Shown here piece by piece: positions 12,140 through 24,200 of a stretch of DNA of 64,000 nt; position 1 is the first letter of the stretch, and each line of letters begins with the position of its first letter. Below the pieces are notes generated by a model that did no database searches, was not told the DNA's origin, and saw only the letters and a list, made by a program, of their open reading frames with translations. Source of the DNA: Mobula hypostoma (Eukaryota); NCBI RefSeq assembly GCF_963921235.1, contig NC_086108.1, forward strand, positions 48,362,001-48,426,000, written 5' to 3'. The translations under genes were made by a program, and so were the position numbers.

Positions 12140-15100
12140 TAGTCCGTGAGCCAGGACCATCTGGGGGGAATAACTCTTATAGTGATTTTTGGCAAGGTTA
12201 TTACCCCTAGTGCTAGAAAATATGTGATAGCATTGCAGCAGTGGCAGCTTTCTGTGTATATCAGAACTGATATCATAACTAACAAGATGATTGTACAAGT
12301 CACTTCTTTGGTCATGAAACTCAAATCTTTCATGCTACCTGGTGGAGTTACACTCCTGCAAGGTTCTACAAGGAAGCACATTCGTAGGAAACTGGAATCG
12401 GAGCTGGGCAATTCAGTAAATATATTTCCAGATGACAAAGGAAAATTGTTAATGGTTCCTGAAAGTGTCTCATTAAGGGACGTTATCTTGGAAAATCAAA
12501 CTCTACAGAGGGAACTCAAAGTTTGGAGGGCCAAGGCAACCAATTTCGACAAGATCATAGATCATCACATATCAGATCAATCATGAGACAGGAGATGACT
12601 GTGACTCCCTGACCATTCCATCCATCAGATGTGAAAGACAGTGCTCATACCTCCATACCGGATCAACTAGAGCAGTTTCTTGTTGGATTGCTCACTGGAA
12701 ATCCTGACACCAAGACTCAAACACAGAGGGTCACTGCTCTGGTTCAGTCATTTAGTCAGGACATAATATATGCTGTGACATGTGGTCAACATAAACCACC
12801 AAAGCACCTTCTGCTTCCTTATGCAGTAAAAACACTGACGGGTAACACTGAGCTCATCCAAACACTGAACAGGCTTGGGCATGGGGTGTCTCACTCCCAA
12901 CTTGAAGAGAATGACACTGCTTTGTGTCCCCAAAAGATAGCAACAGCCTCCAATCAGGGAGTTATATTTCCAGCCTCCATCAAGTCTCACGTCTTCACCA
13001 GTCTTGCATGGGACAATATCGATAGACTTGAGGAAACCCTCACTGGAAAGGGTACATCACATAGAATCAATGGCATAGTAGTACAGGCCAATGTCTATGG
13101 ACCACATCTGCCAAGAGCTGAGCTTCCACACATTGAAAAACTGAAGCAGAGATCAGTCACCATTGAGGACCAAGAACTGGAAGTGTATGTAGCAGGTGCA
13201 CATGTGGGCCCACAGCCTTTCCCCACCAGGGAACACTGTGTCCAGGAAACCAAGAAAGCTGCTCTTCCTGCCTGCAGGTGTGGACACTTGCATGGCAAAC
13301 AGATCCAGAGAATTAGACAATCCCAAGCTGGACTGGTTTTACTATCAACACCAGGGACCAAGAACCAATCTCACAAGATATTGTTGGGTATCTGCCAACC
13401 ATCAATTCACCAGCCACAGAGTTGACCACAGTATCTGAAATCCTGAACCAATCAGAGCTAATCAGGAGGGAACTTCATCTAGAAACAATTGTGGCAGTCA
13501 TGGATCAAGCACTCTATGCAAAAGCCACTGAAATTGCCTGGAAGCACAAAGAGCGCTTCTCCAACATTCTTCTCAGGATGGGGACATTCCATACCATATG
13601 TAATGCCTTAGCCATCCTAGGAAAGTGATTTCAGGATGCTGGTCTAAAGGACGTATGCATAGAGGCTGGAATTGTCACAGAGGGGTCCATCAATGGAGTC
13701 CTTGATGGTAAACACTACAGTCGTGCTGTCAGGGTCCACAAGTACATCTATGAAGCACTGATGAGACTCGCATGGGCAGAGTTCACTCCATGGGTTGAGG
13801 ACAACGTTCCAGAGAGGAATGAGATGATCAAATCATTCTTAGACCATGTGAACGACATGGCCAATGACTTGAACCAACAGAAGTTGAACAATCTGCTGCA
13901 AAGTCCACTCTTAGCTGAGCTGATAACCCTGTAGACAGACATTCTGGAACACCTCCGTCACAACAATGGAGAGCGATTCGCATTCTGCATATCATACATT
14001 AGCATGGAAGAGAACGGGTACTTGGGCTTCTGCACACCTCTCGTGAGGGGGTCTGGGAGTTGCACCTCCATGCTATAAGAACCATGATCCCATGGTGCTT
14101 TTCCTATGATAAGATGAATTATGCCAGGTACCTGTCCCCTTACTTTGCTCAGATGATGAACCTCCCAGAGAAGAATCCTTCTGTGTATGAGGCCTTCAAG
14201 ACAGGTCAATTCTCAGTGCAGCTGTCAGGTAACAACCCCTTTGGGCAGGTCCCTGTGGACCAGGCTATTGAAGCCACAGTGAACAAAGACCAGCACCCGA
14301 TGCCGGCCTGGATCTACCGGCCTGTAACTGTCCAGAAAAATGTTTACTCCCAAGATGTATGTGTGTTGCAAATGGCCTCAGGTGTATTGACATGTGTGGA
14401 CTGGCAGACTGTGAGAACCAGGCATCCACCTCAGAGAGTGTGGAAAGTTCAGATGAAGATGTGGAAGATGTGGAAAATTATTATGATAATTAATAGGTTA
14501 TGAAAGTATGGAAAACAAAGTATGGAAAGCAGCCTTAGATTAAATATATTTATTTTATAACCAAATGGATCCTAGGTTATGGTCGTGTGGAACTCCACGT
14601 TTGAATTATTGTACAGTAATTCTATATGCTATGACAAAAGCTTAAGATTGTTTTGATTTGATACAACAATATGGAAAATATCATGACATTGATAAAACTC
14701 CAGAAATCTCTCCAAATGAGGTTTTTTACCTTTGGGGGGGTGGGGTAATTTTCTGCTGTACTAATGTTAATGTGGAATATATACAAAAAGTGATTACTTA
14801 TTTGAGTTCCTGAATAAATTCTCTACAAATCCATGTGGTAATATGTGTCCTATGGTTTTTATTGACATTTCCAAAATAAAAAACAGAAAAATATTTTTCT
14901 AAAAACGAAATGATTCACTTTACTGAAATTGGGAACTGTACTGGGAGTGCCACCAATGACATAGTTTTCAATGTAGAATTTTATAACATTTGATGAAAAG
15001 TGCTTGAACTCAGCTATCATTGTGACAAATTTCAATGTTAACGATCACTGATGACAAAATACCACTAGCTTGAATATATATGTTGTACTTTATACTGGCC

Positions 15101-15281
15101 ACTTTTCAGAAATGCTTATTTTAGGGTAGTGTTATAAAATGCATGATGGCACACGTAAAGCTACCACTGATGCAATGCTATCACATATTTTCTAACTCTA
15201 GAGAAATATACCTTGCCAAAAATCACTATGAGCATTATTCCCCTCAGATAGTACCAACCAACCCGACTGGCTCACAGACTA
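12140..15281 (+). mobile_element. Academ-type (AcademX-like) DNA transposon, internally deleted and degenerate
   Basis: 5'-TAG...CTA-3' termini; ~125-140-bp imperfect TIRs (12140-12263, 15144-15281); 3-bp TSD TTC; fragmented transposase with AWDNID, MDQALYAKA, RMGTFH, YARYL, VDQAIEATVNKD; C-terminal CXC domain. Confidence 0.8.
12264..14493 (+). pseudogene. Academ-type DDE transposase pseudogene with C-terminal CXC (tesmin/CRC-like) domain
   Basis: ORF pieces 12146..12586, 12631..13425, 13422..13628 and 14060..14290 join through frameshifts and stops; 14290..14493 reads PAPDAGLDLPACNCPEKCLLPRCMCVANGLRCIDMCGLADCEN, then an acidic tail and stop. Confidence 0.75.
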
Positions 15282-15941
15282 TTCCCACAATAGTGTCCAT
15301 TTTCCTTTCTGTACAGCATGGTGCTGATTATTGTATAGTTTTTATTCAAAGGTTTGCTGTGCTCCTTGATGTCACACTTAGTGAAATGGTGCCTGCTGTT
15401 AAAGGTAGTCACTCTGAGCTGACCTTTGGAATTTGTCTCGAGGTCCTTGCTTTAGATTAAGACTGCAGTGAGATCTGGAACTGAGATGCACTAGTGGAGC
15501 CCAAACCTACCTTCGGTGGGCACATTGTTGGTGACTAAGCGTTGGTTGCTTCCAGCACTTTGCGAGTGAATGAGAGAAGATTGAATAGGGGTAATTAGCA
15601 GGTTTGAAGTTGCCCTGTTTTTTGTGAGCAGTTGGTAACTGCAGCATTTTCCACGTTATTGGGTAACTGTCATGCCAACTGTTGCATGTTCATTATGCCC
15701 AATACTTATTTACCAATTGGTCTGGTAAAGGCATTTTCCAAGTTAAAGGGAGCATAGACGCACATTCATTGATTTTATCGTGTTTCTTTGTATCTATTGT
15801 GAATGACCGTAAGAAAGTGAATCTCAGTATGTACTTTGATATTAAATTTTCTTTGGACTTTTGAACTTCGTGCAGGAAGAGGCAATAATAAAATGCAAAA
15901 TGATATCAGGCACTAATAAATAAGGACCAAATAATTTAACC

Positions 15942-16025
15942 CAGTACTGATGAAAGGTTTCGATCTAAAATGTCAACTATCCATTTTCCTCCTGACCTGC
16001 TGAGTTCCTCCAGCATTTGGTGTAC
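15942..16025 (+). mobile_element. Penelope-like element terminus fragment with a degenerate hammerhead core
   Basis: CAGTA-CTGATGA-AAGG...-AAAAT-GTC-AACTA followed by cctgacctgctgagttcctccagcatt, the same repeat as at 48510 and 62400. Confidence 0.55.
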
Positions 16026-16046
16026 CGCACCAAATAATTTAAGATG

Positions 16047-16975
16047 CAGTGAATCCTGGTTAGTGGGACAGGTGCTTATCTGGGAAACTCTTAGAGAACA
16101 AAAATTAATCGAGAAAATAGCCCGGATTTCCTTTGTTTATTTGAGACACTATGTTGCTTAATTGGGACAGGAGACTGTTGCCAAACAGTTTTTAACTAGC
16201 GTCAGATGCTTGCACCTTGTGTGACCATTATAGACTAAATGCTTAGCGAGAACAGTTTTTAAAAAGCATTAGTTTTGCTTGTTTGTGTTCAAGATGTAGT
16301 GATTATTGTCACTAATAATTGGTGAGAAATAAGCAGTAAGACAGTTCAGAACTGTTTTGCGTACTGCGGTTTCAAGATTTCAGACTTGGATATGCAAGAA
16401 ACTGCCAGGAGTGAAAATGAGGCGATTTCATTACTTCAGCAAGTTGAGAACCATGAAGAATTTTAAGGTATTGACAGTGTTACAATGAAAATAAAGTCTT
16501 GGAGGATGCAACAGTTTCTAACCAGCACCAGTCGTGTGCACTTGTGCTGCTGTGAGACACTACACCCTGCTTAGAGCAACATTTTATTAAATAGCTTCAA
16601 TTGCGTGTGCTTGTGTTATGCTATTCATTTGGGCTGACTGATACTGAATTTAAAGAGCAGTGATTTTTAACGCTACTTCATGCAGGAAGGCAATGAAGGC
16701 AGTCCACTATCTGTGCTAGATGTCTGTGCTAATTTTGTTCATTTACAGTCCATCAAAAGAACACGGCAGACTCACTGGATGAATGAATCCGTCAATACCT
16801 GTTAGGAACTAATACACAGTTTTATAGTACTGTAGTAACATTAGTAGTGTTATAATTTGTTCTGTACTTCATAATTTATGACTCACTTGAACAGTAGGTT
16901 TTAAAACTATTTCCATAAAACTAATTGGGCCAAATGCAATGGTCTCAATGTGTCCCAATTAATTGGAATCTGCTG
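16047..16975. mobile_element. Tigger/pogo-like (Tc1/mariner) non-autonomous element
   Basis: Imperfect ~24-bp TIRs CAGTGAATCCTGGTTAGTGGGACA and TGTCCCAATTAATTGGAATCTGCTG; TG flanks compatible with a decayed TA TSD; internal ~60-bp duplicated segment. Confidence 0.6.
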
Positions 16976-17265
16976 TGTTTGTAAAAGAATAAATAAAATT
17001 TCACTGCATTTGACATAAATGTTCAGGTTGGTGAGAGAAGGCTCCAGTAAATTGAGGCACTGATCCTCAAACCCCCTGAAAAGTTCCTGACTTTGACACT
17101 ATCGCCTGCATTTGAAAAAAGTCAGTTATTGGGAAATGTAGAAGCAAGAAACTTACGTTATCTGACAAGCTAACATAACATTAATGTGCTTCAGTATAAG
17201 TATCAAATTTATTAAAAAAGGAAGCTCATTCCAAATATGAAATATATTTTTCCCTTATCTCTCAG

Positions 17266-17362
17266 ATTGAATCTACACAAGTCCTGGATACAGGACGTTA
17301 CACATGTGAAGCCATAAACATAGCTGGTAAAACAGAAAAGAACTACAATTTAAACATTTTGG
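17266..17362 (+). CDS. HMCN1: Hemicentin-1 exon 2: IESTQVLDTGRYTCEAINIAGKTEKNYNLNIL
   Basis: ctctcag acceptor, G|gtaagc donor, phase 0 to 1; DTGRYTC Ig F-strand motif; too short for the ORF track. Confidence 0.92.
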
Positions 17363-17941
17363 GTAAGCTGCTTTCCTACTGCTCAAGTATGCTTAAGAAC
17401 ATCCATAAATTATTGTAAGTAGCATTTGTGTACAACTTGTAAGTAGATTACTATTCCGTTTCATTTCCAGTATCATTGGGTAATATTTTCATAGTATCAG
17501 AATTCCTCCACTGCTGTCTGCAGAGTAGGTTTTTTTTGTCACATTCACATTCCTGCAACCATTGAATTAAAAGAGTGACTGTGGTTTATCCAGTGAGTAA
17601 TTACAAGCTCCAGAAAAATCCTTGCCATATTATGGGAATCACGTGGACTGAGAATGACAGAAGCCTATTTCAGCAACAGGAAATTCCCACCAAGAAAGTG
17701 TAGAGACTGGAATAGACTTACTGCTTCTGAATGTGGCTGGTGAGAGGAGAGACTTGGCTGCTGGCACCTCACCATGTTGTCAAGCATTGTCTTGATATCA
17801 CAGGGCTGTCACACTCACCTCAACTGTGCAAGAAATTGGAGAAGGAAATGTTCAACTTTATTGCATTGGAGAATGTTGGGTTAGTCTAGAGCTCAGCGAC
17901 TTTTCTTTTGTAAAGCTGAAGTTTTATTTTTTTATTTAGAA

Positions 17942-18021
17942 CATGGGTTCTCAGCCTTTTTTATGCCGTGGACCTATACCATTAAGCAAGGGGTCTGTTG
18001 TCGCCAGGTTGGGAACACCTG
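17942..18021. mobile_element. 80-bp hAT-type MITE
   Basis: TIRs CATGGGTTCTCAGCC and GGTTGGGAACACCTG; flanks ATTTAGAA and ATTTGGAG (6/8 match, 8-bp TSD). Confidence 0.6.
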
Positions 18022-18029
18022 ATTTGGAG

Positions 18030-18280
18030 ATATTTTATTCAGGTATTCAACAGGGTAACAGGCCCTTCAGTCCAACAAGTCCATGTTGCCTAATTACATC
18101 CATGTGACAATTATCCTACTAACCAGCACTTCTTTGGAATGTGGGAGGAAACTGGAGCACCCGGAAGAAACCCATGGAGTCACGGGGAGAACGTACAAAC
18201 TCCTTGTAGACACCATTGGAATTGAACCATGGTTGCTGGCACTACAGTAGCATTGTGCTAACCATTACTGTACCACCTCG
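18030..18280 (-). mobile_element. V-SINE (HE1-like), tRNA-derived
   Basis: tRNA-like A/B-box head (GGTTAGCAC...GGTTCAATTCC); V-core GGGTTTCTTCCGGGTGCTCCAGTTTCCTCCCACA; CR1-like tail GAAGGGCCTGTT. Confidence 0.8.
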
Positions 18281-19384
18281 ACGGAGGTATTAACCAGTCC
18301 AATGGTACAGTTTAATTTATACTGCAGATCTCAAATGAAATGGGTGAACAAGCTTTTAATCCAATTGCTAATGGCTGTGCTTCCACATTACTATGTGTGA
18401 AGCTGGCCAAAAATATCCACATTGCTGAGAGCTTGATATTATAATTCCAGGAGGCTACAAGGATGATTAGCGTGGGAAATTGAACATTCAGACTAGTGAA
18501 CTTACTCTTCTGTGGTTAAATTTCAAGAACATTGTGGGGATAATGTAACAGGCAATTTTACTTTTATGTCTGGCTGGACAATCTTTCACTCAGGAATTCT
18601 CGATCTGAAGAATGGTGCCAAAAAGTAAAGGGGCTCCTGTTTTCTGGCATCTTTTAACTTAGCTAAATTTGTCATTTTGACCCAAGGATTAAAGCTCATT
18701 CAAAATGAACCATGAATTGATGCATCTCAGCAACCTCATCCAGAATACACTTTTATGTGTTCCCATTGTCAGTTTACTTTCTTCTGTACCAAGTATTAAA
18801 CTGATACATGGTTGATATATTTGGGATGATGAGATTAGTAGTGTAATTGAATTAAAATGCTACATTTGCCAGTCATTAATGCTGATTCTACTAAATTTCA
18901 TGTGAAATTCACAGGAGATTAAAAAGTAGTTAAAAAGATTGTTGCTTTAACAATTTAGCAATATAGCTCTTAATTTTGGACAATTTCTCACAAAGTGATT
19001 ATTCTGAAACATATGAGAAATGTTAAGACACTGTAGATCAGTAAATAATTGGCCAGAAGCCTCCTGAAAATTAAGAGTTCATTTCAGTTCAGGCTAATAA
19101 AATTGTAGAACATGTTCCAAGCACTTTTGACTGGGGCCAGTTGAAGCTACTTCGTTTAATAGGAATTGAACTTAATAATGAAATCTGAAGTTATTTCTAC
19201 ATTAAACACTTCAATTAAATTCACTTTATAGGCATTTTATCCATGCATCAGACTAGAATTGTTCACGATTAGTTCACCTCTTTGTACATTTAACATCTTC
19301 ACCCTATATGCAGTTTAAGTTAACAAGTATCTACGTTTACATAACTGTTCTGTAAAATTAACCTAATTATATTTGATTGTTTAG

Positions 19385-19507
19385 TTCCACCCAGTATTCA
19401 AGGATCAAATGAATTATCCAAGATGACAGTCATAGAAGGAAACTTAATCAGCTTAATTTGTGAATCCAGTGGTATTCCACCACCAAGTTTGATGTGGAAG
19501 AAGAATG
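19385..19507 (+). CDS. HMCN1: Hemicentin-1 exon 3: (V)PPSIQGSNELSKMTVIEGNLISLICESSGIPPPSLMWKKN(G)
   Basis: tttag acceptor, G|gtgagt donor, phase 1 to 1; TVIEGNLISL.CESSGIPPP resembles HMCN1. Confidence 0.92.
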
Positions 19508-20029
19508 GTGAGTGACTAAAACTTGGTTGAAGTAGTTGTGTACCATTAATATAATGTATAAGTATCAGATGCTGTTAGATAACACCCAAGTGATCACTAA
19601 AATCCAGCAACTTGTGTCTTTATTTTTTTAAACTGACTTGTAACTTACAGTAACAACATGTTGTCACCATACTATAAATTCCTATAAAGGTTATGGGATT
19701 TATTTGCCAATCTCATTTGTTGGCATTGGCACACCTACCCCTTAGCTGCTTCTGTCCAGGAGTAGACCAGCTTCCTTGGTGCCATTGCTCCCGGTTGCCA
19801 CTGGTATCACATTGATGCTGTCTGGAAAAGACCCTTCCCAAGCATCGTTGTTTTTGAGCAAAGCTCATTACAGACAGTTTGCAACAACATTGCCTCTGAA
19901 TTGAAGAAAGATCTGATACTGCAGCTGCAATTTGTTGCCAGGACACAGCCAGTGTCTGGATGTATCAAGTTGTTGTACTATCCTATTGCAATCTGGTGCA
20001 TCATAGCTCTGATCCTATTGTGCATTATA

Positions 20030-20390
20030 ATCCAAGATTGAATGGCTTGTCTTATGAAGAGCGTTTTGTGGTGGGAGAGTTTAAGACCAGAGAACACAGC
20101 CTCAGAATAGAGGGATGTCCTTTTAGAATGGAGATGAGGATGAATTTCTTTTGCCAGAGAGTGGTGAATCTGTGGAATTCTTTGCCAGAAGCAGCTGTGA
20201 AGGGCAAGTCTTTTGTATATTTAAGGCAGAGGTTGATACATTCTTGGTTGGTCAGGGCATGAAGGGATATGGGGAGAAGGCAGGGAATTGGGGCTGAGAG
20301 GAATATTGAAACAGCCATGATGAAATGGCAGAGCAGACTCAAAGGGCCAAATGGCCTAATTCTGCTCCTGTATTTTACGGTCTTATGATC
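20030..20390 (+). mobile_element. CR1 3' end
   Basis: LSYEER...TREHSLRIEG..FF.QRVVNLWNSLPE; 3' UTR ending ggtcttatg. Confidence 0.85.
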
Positions 20391-20719
20391 CAGAGGTGGT
20401 AAACATTAATCCAATTCTAAGTGACTGTATCACAGGGAGGTTTGTGTTGCTTCCAGGTGCTCGTTGCAGAAATGTAATCATCCATTTTGTTTTGAAGTTG
20501 TTACATCCATGGGACTCTGGCTTGAAAATCCCTGTCCAGCAGAGGTGAGCACATCTGATGTGAGAGCAGCATATTCAGGGCTTCAGTTTTTAAAAATTGA
20601 CTTGTTAAGAAGATTTGGAAGTGTAAACAGATTTGTTTCTCATTTGTTACCAATGTATCTGCTACATTAGTATTCAGCTTTTATTGTGTTAGTGGAGCTT
20701 TACTTGTACAGTTCTCCCG

Positions 20720-21500
20720 ACCTTTGGATTGTAGATTATGGAACGGCTTTTGGGAACCAAGAAAAGTGAATAATTTGGTGCAAGGTACTCAATATCTGTC
20801 TTGCCATTGGAATCACAATGTCTATGTGCTCAGTGCAATTAAGTTTCTGGTCAATGACAAATTCAAAATATTGCTGGTTGGAGACTTTGTGATGATAATG
20901 CCATTGACTATCAAGAGGAGATGGTTAGAATCTATGTGTGAAGAAGATCTTTGCTGGGCACTTGTTTGTCAGATGTATTACTTGCATTTATTAGATCAGG
21001 TCAGAATGTCATTGAGGTCCTGTCTGTAGAATTTTCTCTGAAATACTGAAAAGTATTGAACATTGTGCCAATCTTTACTGAACATCCCAATTTCTAATCT
21101 AATGCTGAGAGGTCATTAGTGGAGTGGCTGAAGGTACGAGTCCAGAAAACTGTTCAGAGGAACTCTTGCAAGAATGTCCTGGGGCTGGTATACTGATTCC
21201 TAAGGACCATCTCCTTTATTGCAAGGTATGACACCAGCCAAAGGAGCATTTCAACATTGGCTCTCGTTGTCTTCAACTTTATGAGGATTCCTAGATGAAT
21301 ATTTAGTCAAATGCTGCCTTGTTGTTAAAAACAGTCAACTTCACTTTGGCCCTTTCATCTATTTCTGGACAAAAGCTTTGACAAGTTTTGAAACCAGGCA
21401 GTCTCGGCAAAATCCAAGCTGGGTCACAGGTAACTTTATGCTTCTTGGCAGCATTATCAATTACATTTTCCACTGCTTTTTAGACTCTGCTGATGAACAA
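20720..21500 (-). mobile_element. Ancient CR1/L2-like RT remnant
   Basis: Minus-strand traces of an LD.KAAFD..W.....KL and S.VPQ.S motif; highly decayed. Confidence 0.4.
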
Positions 21501-22319
21501 GCCTAGCCTGATGTTGATTAGCCTGATCTTACTTGTCCTATATTTTTGTACTGTCACAGCTGTCTCTTCCCAATGCCATTACATTGCTTGTTTGATAAGC
21601 TTCTCTGACCTATGCAGAGAGTACATTTTTTCTTCTTTAGTCCTCCTCTGCCAAGCAGTCCTGCTCTTTATTGGCTGAAAATTGCATTTCCTGCTCTGTG
21701 CAGTATTAGCCTTTTACAATTTTCACACCAGATCATAATCTCCGTTCTGACTTTCCCCACTTGCTCCAGCCACAATACACTTTCTTCTTCAGAAGTGTGG
21801 AATGGGTTTAATAATAAATGAGTGAAGTTCACCACAGTAACATTTGGGCCACTTGCTGAGTAGTAAGTCATTCAACAGTGCAGTCTGCACACAGCTGCCA
21901 TACAAATGAGCAGACAGCATGAAGATAGTTTCCAATGCAGGCTTCAAGCAATGGATGTTGGTTAATCATATAGTACAGATTCTGTGGTGTTTTAAAGAGA
22001 TTTAACCAATTTAGCCTCTTAAATACTTGGAAGTAGTTTCATGGCCTCTTTGAGACTAGGCCAACATAAAAATTTGCTGACACACCAGGTTTCAGTTTCA
22101 ACTTTAAAGAGCTTCTTTTGAATTGAATAAACATTTGTTCATACCCAGCACTGAAATCTTGTTCCTATTACAGCACTTTGCAGTTGTTAGTAATGACAAA
22201 TTGTCCAATTTGCCAATGTAGATGTTTTCCATTTCACCTCATTGGAATGTCAGGCGTGCAGTGAAGAAGTTTCCACTATCGTATGAAATTTTAAAATCAA
22301 AAACCATTGTTTAGGTTGG

Positions 22320-22512
22320 AAATGTGAAACAAAAATAAACGCTGAAAAGACCTGGCATGTCAGGCAGAATCTGTGGAAAGGGAAACAGTTAATATTTCAG
22401 GTTGAAGATCCTTCGTTGATGAGTTCTGATAAAGGGTCCAAGATGTGAAAAGTGGACTCTTTCTGTTTCTACAGATGCTGCCTGACCTGCTTAGCTTTCC
22501 AGCATTTTTGTT
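22320..22512. mobile_element. Palindromic pair of Penelope-like termini
   Basis: Left arm gctgaaaa...tcaggcagaatctgtggaaag is the approximate reverse complement of right arm tttctacagatgctgcctgacctgcttagctttccagc; degenerate CTGATAA...GAAA core. Confidence 0.55.
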
Positions 22513-22795
22513 TAAACTAATATTATTTTCCAGTTTGTTCTTTCATCACCTGTTTCCAGTTTGCCAATCCTCTCTGTGCATTAATGAGTATTAAGAGGTG
22601 ATTCATAGCTTCAAGAAGACACATTTCAAAGGGCAAAGGTTTACAAAGGTGTATATGAATTCTGTAGTTCTAATATTCTCTTTAATATCACTAATAGAAC
22701 TTGATGATGTTGTGTGAAACTAAATAATGAAGGTACTAAGGTATTACCACAGTGTTTTTCACTGAACCTATTTTGTTAATTGTTCTTACTTGTAG

Positions 22796-22957
22796 GCTCT
22801 GTATTGCTGAATGATCTGAATGGACAAGTTCGCATTGTCTCAGGTGGGCGACAGTTGCAGATCTCCAATGCTAAACAATCAGACAGTGCATCCTACACTT
22901 GTGTGGCATCCAATATTGCTGGAACTGCAACGAAAGAATACGTGCTGGAAGTCTATG
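22796..22957 (+). CDS. HMCN1: Hemicentin-1 exon 4: (G)SVLLNDLNGQVRIVSGGRQLQISNAKQSDSASYTCVASNIAGTATKEYVLEVY
   Basis: ttgtag acceptor, G|gtatgc donor, phase 1 to 1; within ORF 22780..22992. Confidence 0.92.
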
Positions 22958-23869
22958 GTATGCAATTGATCATTACCGTAATGGAATTTTAATATATTCA
23001 ATTTCTTCCAATTATTAATTATCTAACAATTGATATATAGGGATATTACTGCCATTATCTTTAATGTTTGCCAAAAGTGAATCAAACTGGAAAGGTAAAG
23101 GAATAATAATCTTTCATATTGATTGAAGGCGCACATCCACTTACACTTACTTATTAGTAAATGAGGAGACTCTTGACAGACTTATGGACCATTGAAGTGA
23201 AATTCTTTGCTTCCTATTGACATTTATTTTATCTTTTCTTGACGAGTGTAACAAAAGGATAGTGTTCAATAAATAGAAAATGAATTCCTGTGATTCAAAC
23301 TAGAGCTCTGTCTTATCCACATTAAGTGGAAACATCTGCATTGAGCATTCAGAATCATTTGGCAGTGAACAACAGGTTTAAGGATTTTATTAGCTTGGTT
23401 TGCTACCTCAGACATAATTGATCCTTTGGTATGTGCTAAGTATGCCTCTTATCAACTGAACACAAAATGATTTTATAGTTTTTGATCCATGTTTAATTCC
23501 AAGTAGGATAAATTATTGTATGTTGTCTCTAATAAATGTTTGTTTTTCTCAATCTTTATTCCCTTTCTGAAGAACATTTAAAACAATTTTACATTGGTGC
23601 ACTGCAGCTAACATCAGATAAAATTAATTTTCATTTATAATTAGATGTCAGTTTGTGAAAGGTTCCATAATGGCCAAATGGCTAAAAAGCCTAGCCAGTA
23701 AGCAAGGAGTTAAAACTGACCTTCCTATGCCTGGGCTAGCTAGTGCATAACATAGTTACAATTCCTTGCAGTGATTTTTTTTTATGTGTGCTATGAAGAA
23801 TGATTTGAAGAATGGTAATAGAATTTTCAAAATTTATTGCAGGCAAGGGAATTGTAAGGTCCAGCCTAA

Positions 23870-24200
23870 CCTCACTTGCCATTCTCTTGGTACATAGCTC
23901 TGTAGGTTGATCATCCCACTGAGCCTCCACTGCCTTCTTGGTTAGAGAGTTCCAAAGATTCACAAGCAGTTGGGTGAAGTCACAAAAATTTGAGATTTTG
24001 ACCCCTGGTTCTCGATGCTCCAATCTGAGAACTAACATCTCCACTAATACCCTGTCAAGGCCCATCAGAACTTTGGACATTTCAATAAGATTTCCTCCCA
24101 TTTTGTGTGCTCCATCTAAACATCCTTCCTCCTTATATCCTTGTCCTTACCCATTCAATCAACCTGTCTATCTCCCCAAAGCTTCTCTGTACATTGCCTC
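23870..24200 (-). mobile_element. CR1 3' fragment
   Basis: ORF 23736..24101 GNLIEMSKVLMGLDRV...LVNLWNSLTKKAVEA. Confidence 0.7.

Noticed and set aside
12631..13425. 264-aa ORF as a domesticated nested gene
   Set aside because: It is one fragment of a frameshifted, stop-containing transposase between TIRs; there is no intact full frame.
18210..18280. tRNA gene
   Set aside because: It is only the degenerate A/B-box head of a V-SINE; no cloverleaf is evident (same at 47360).
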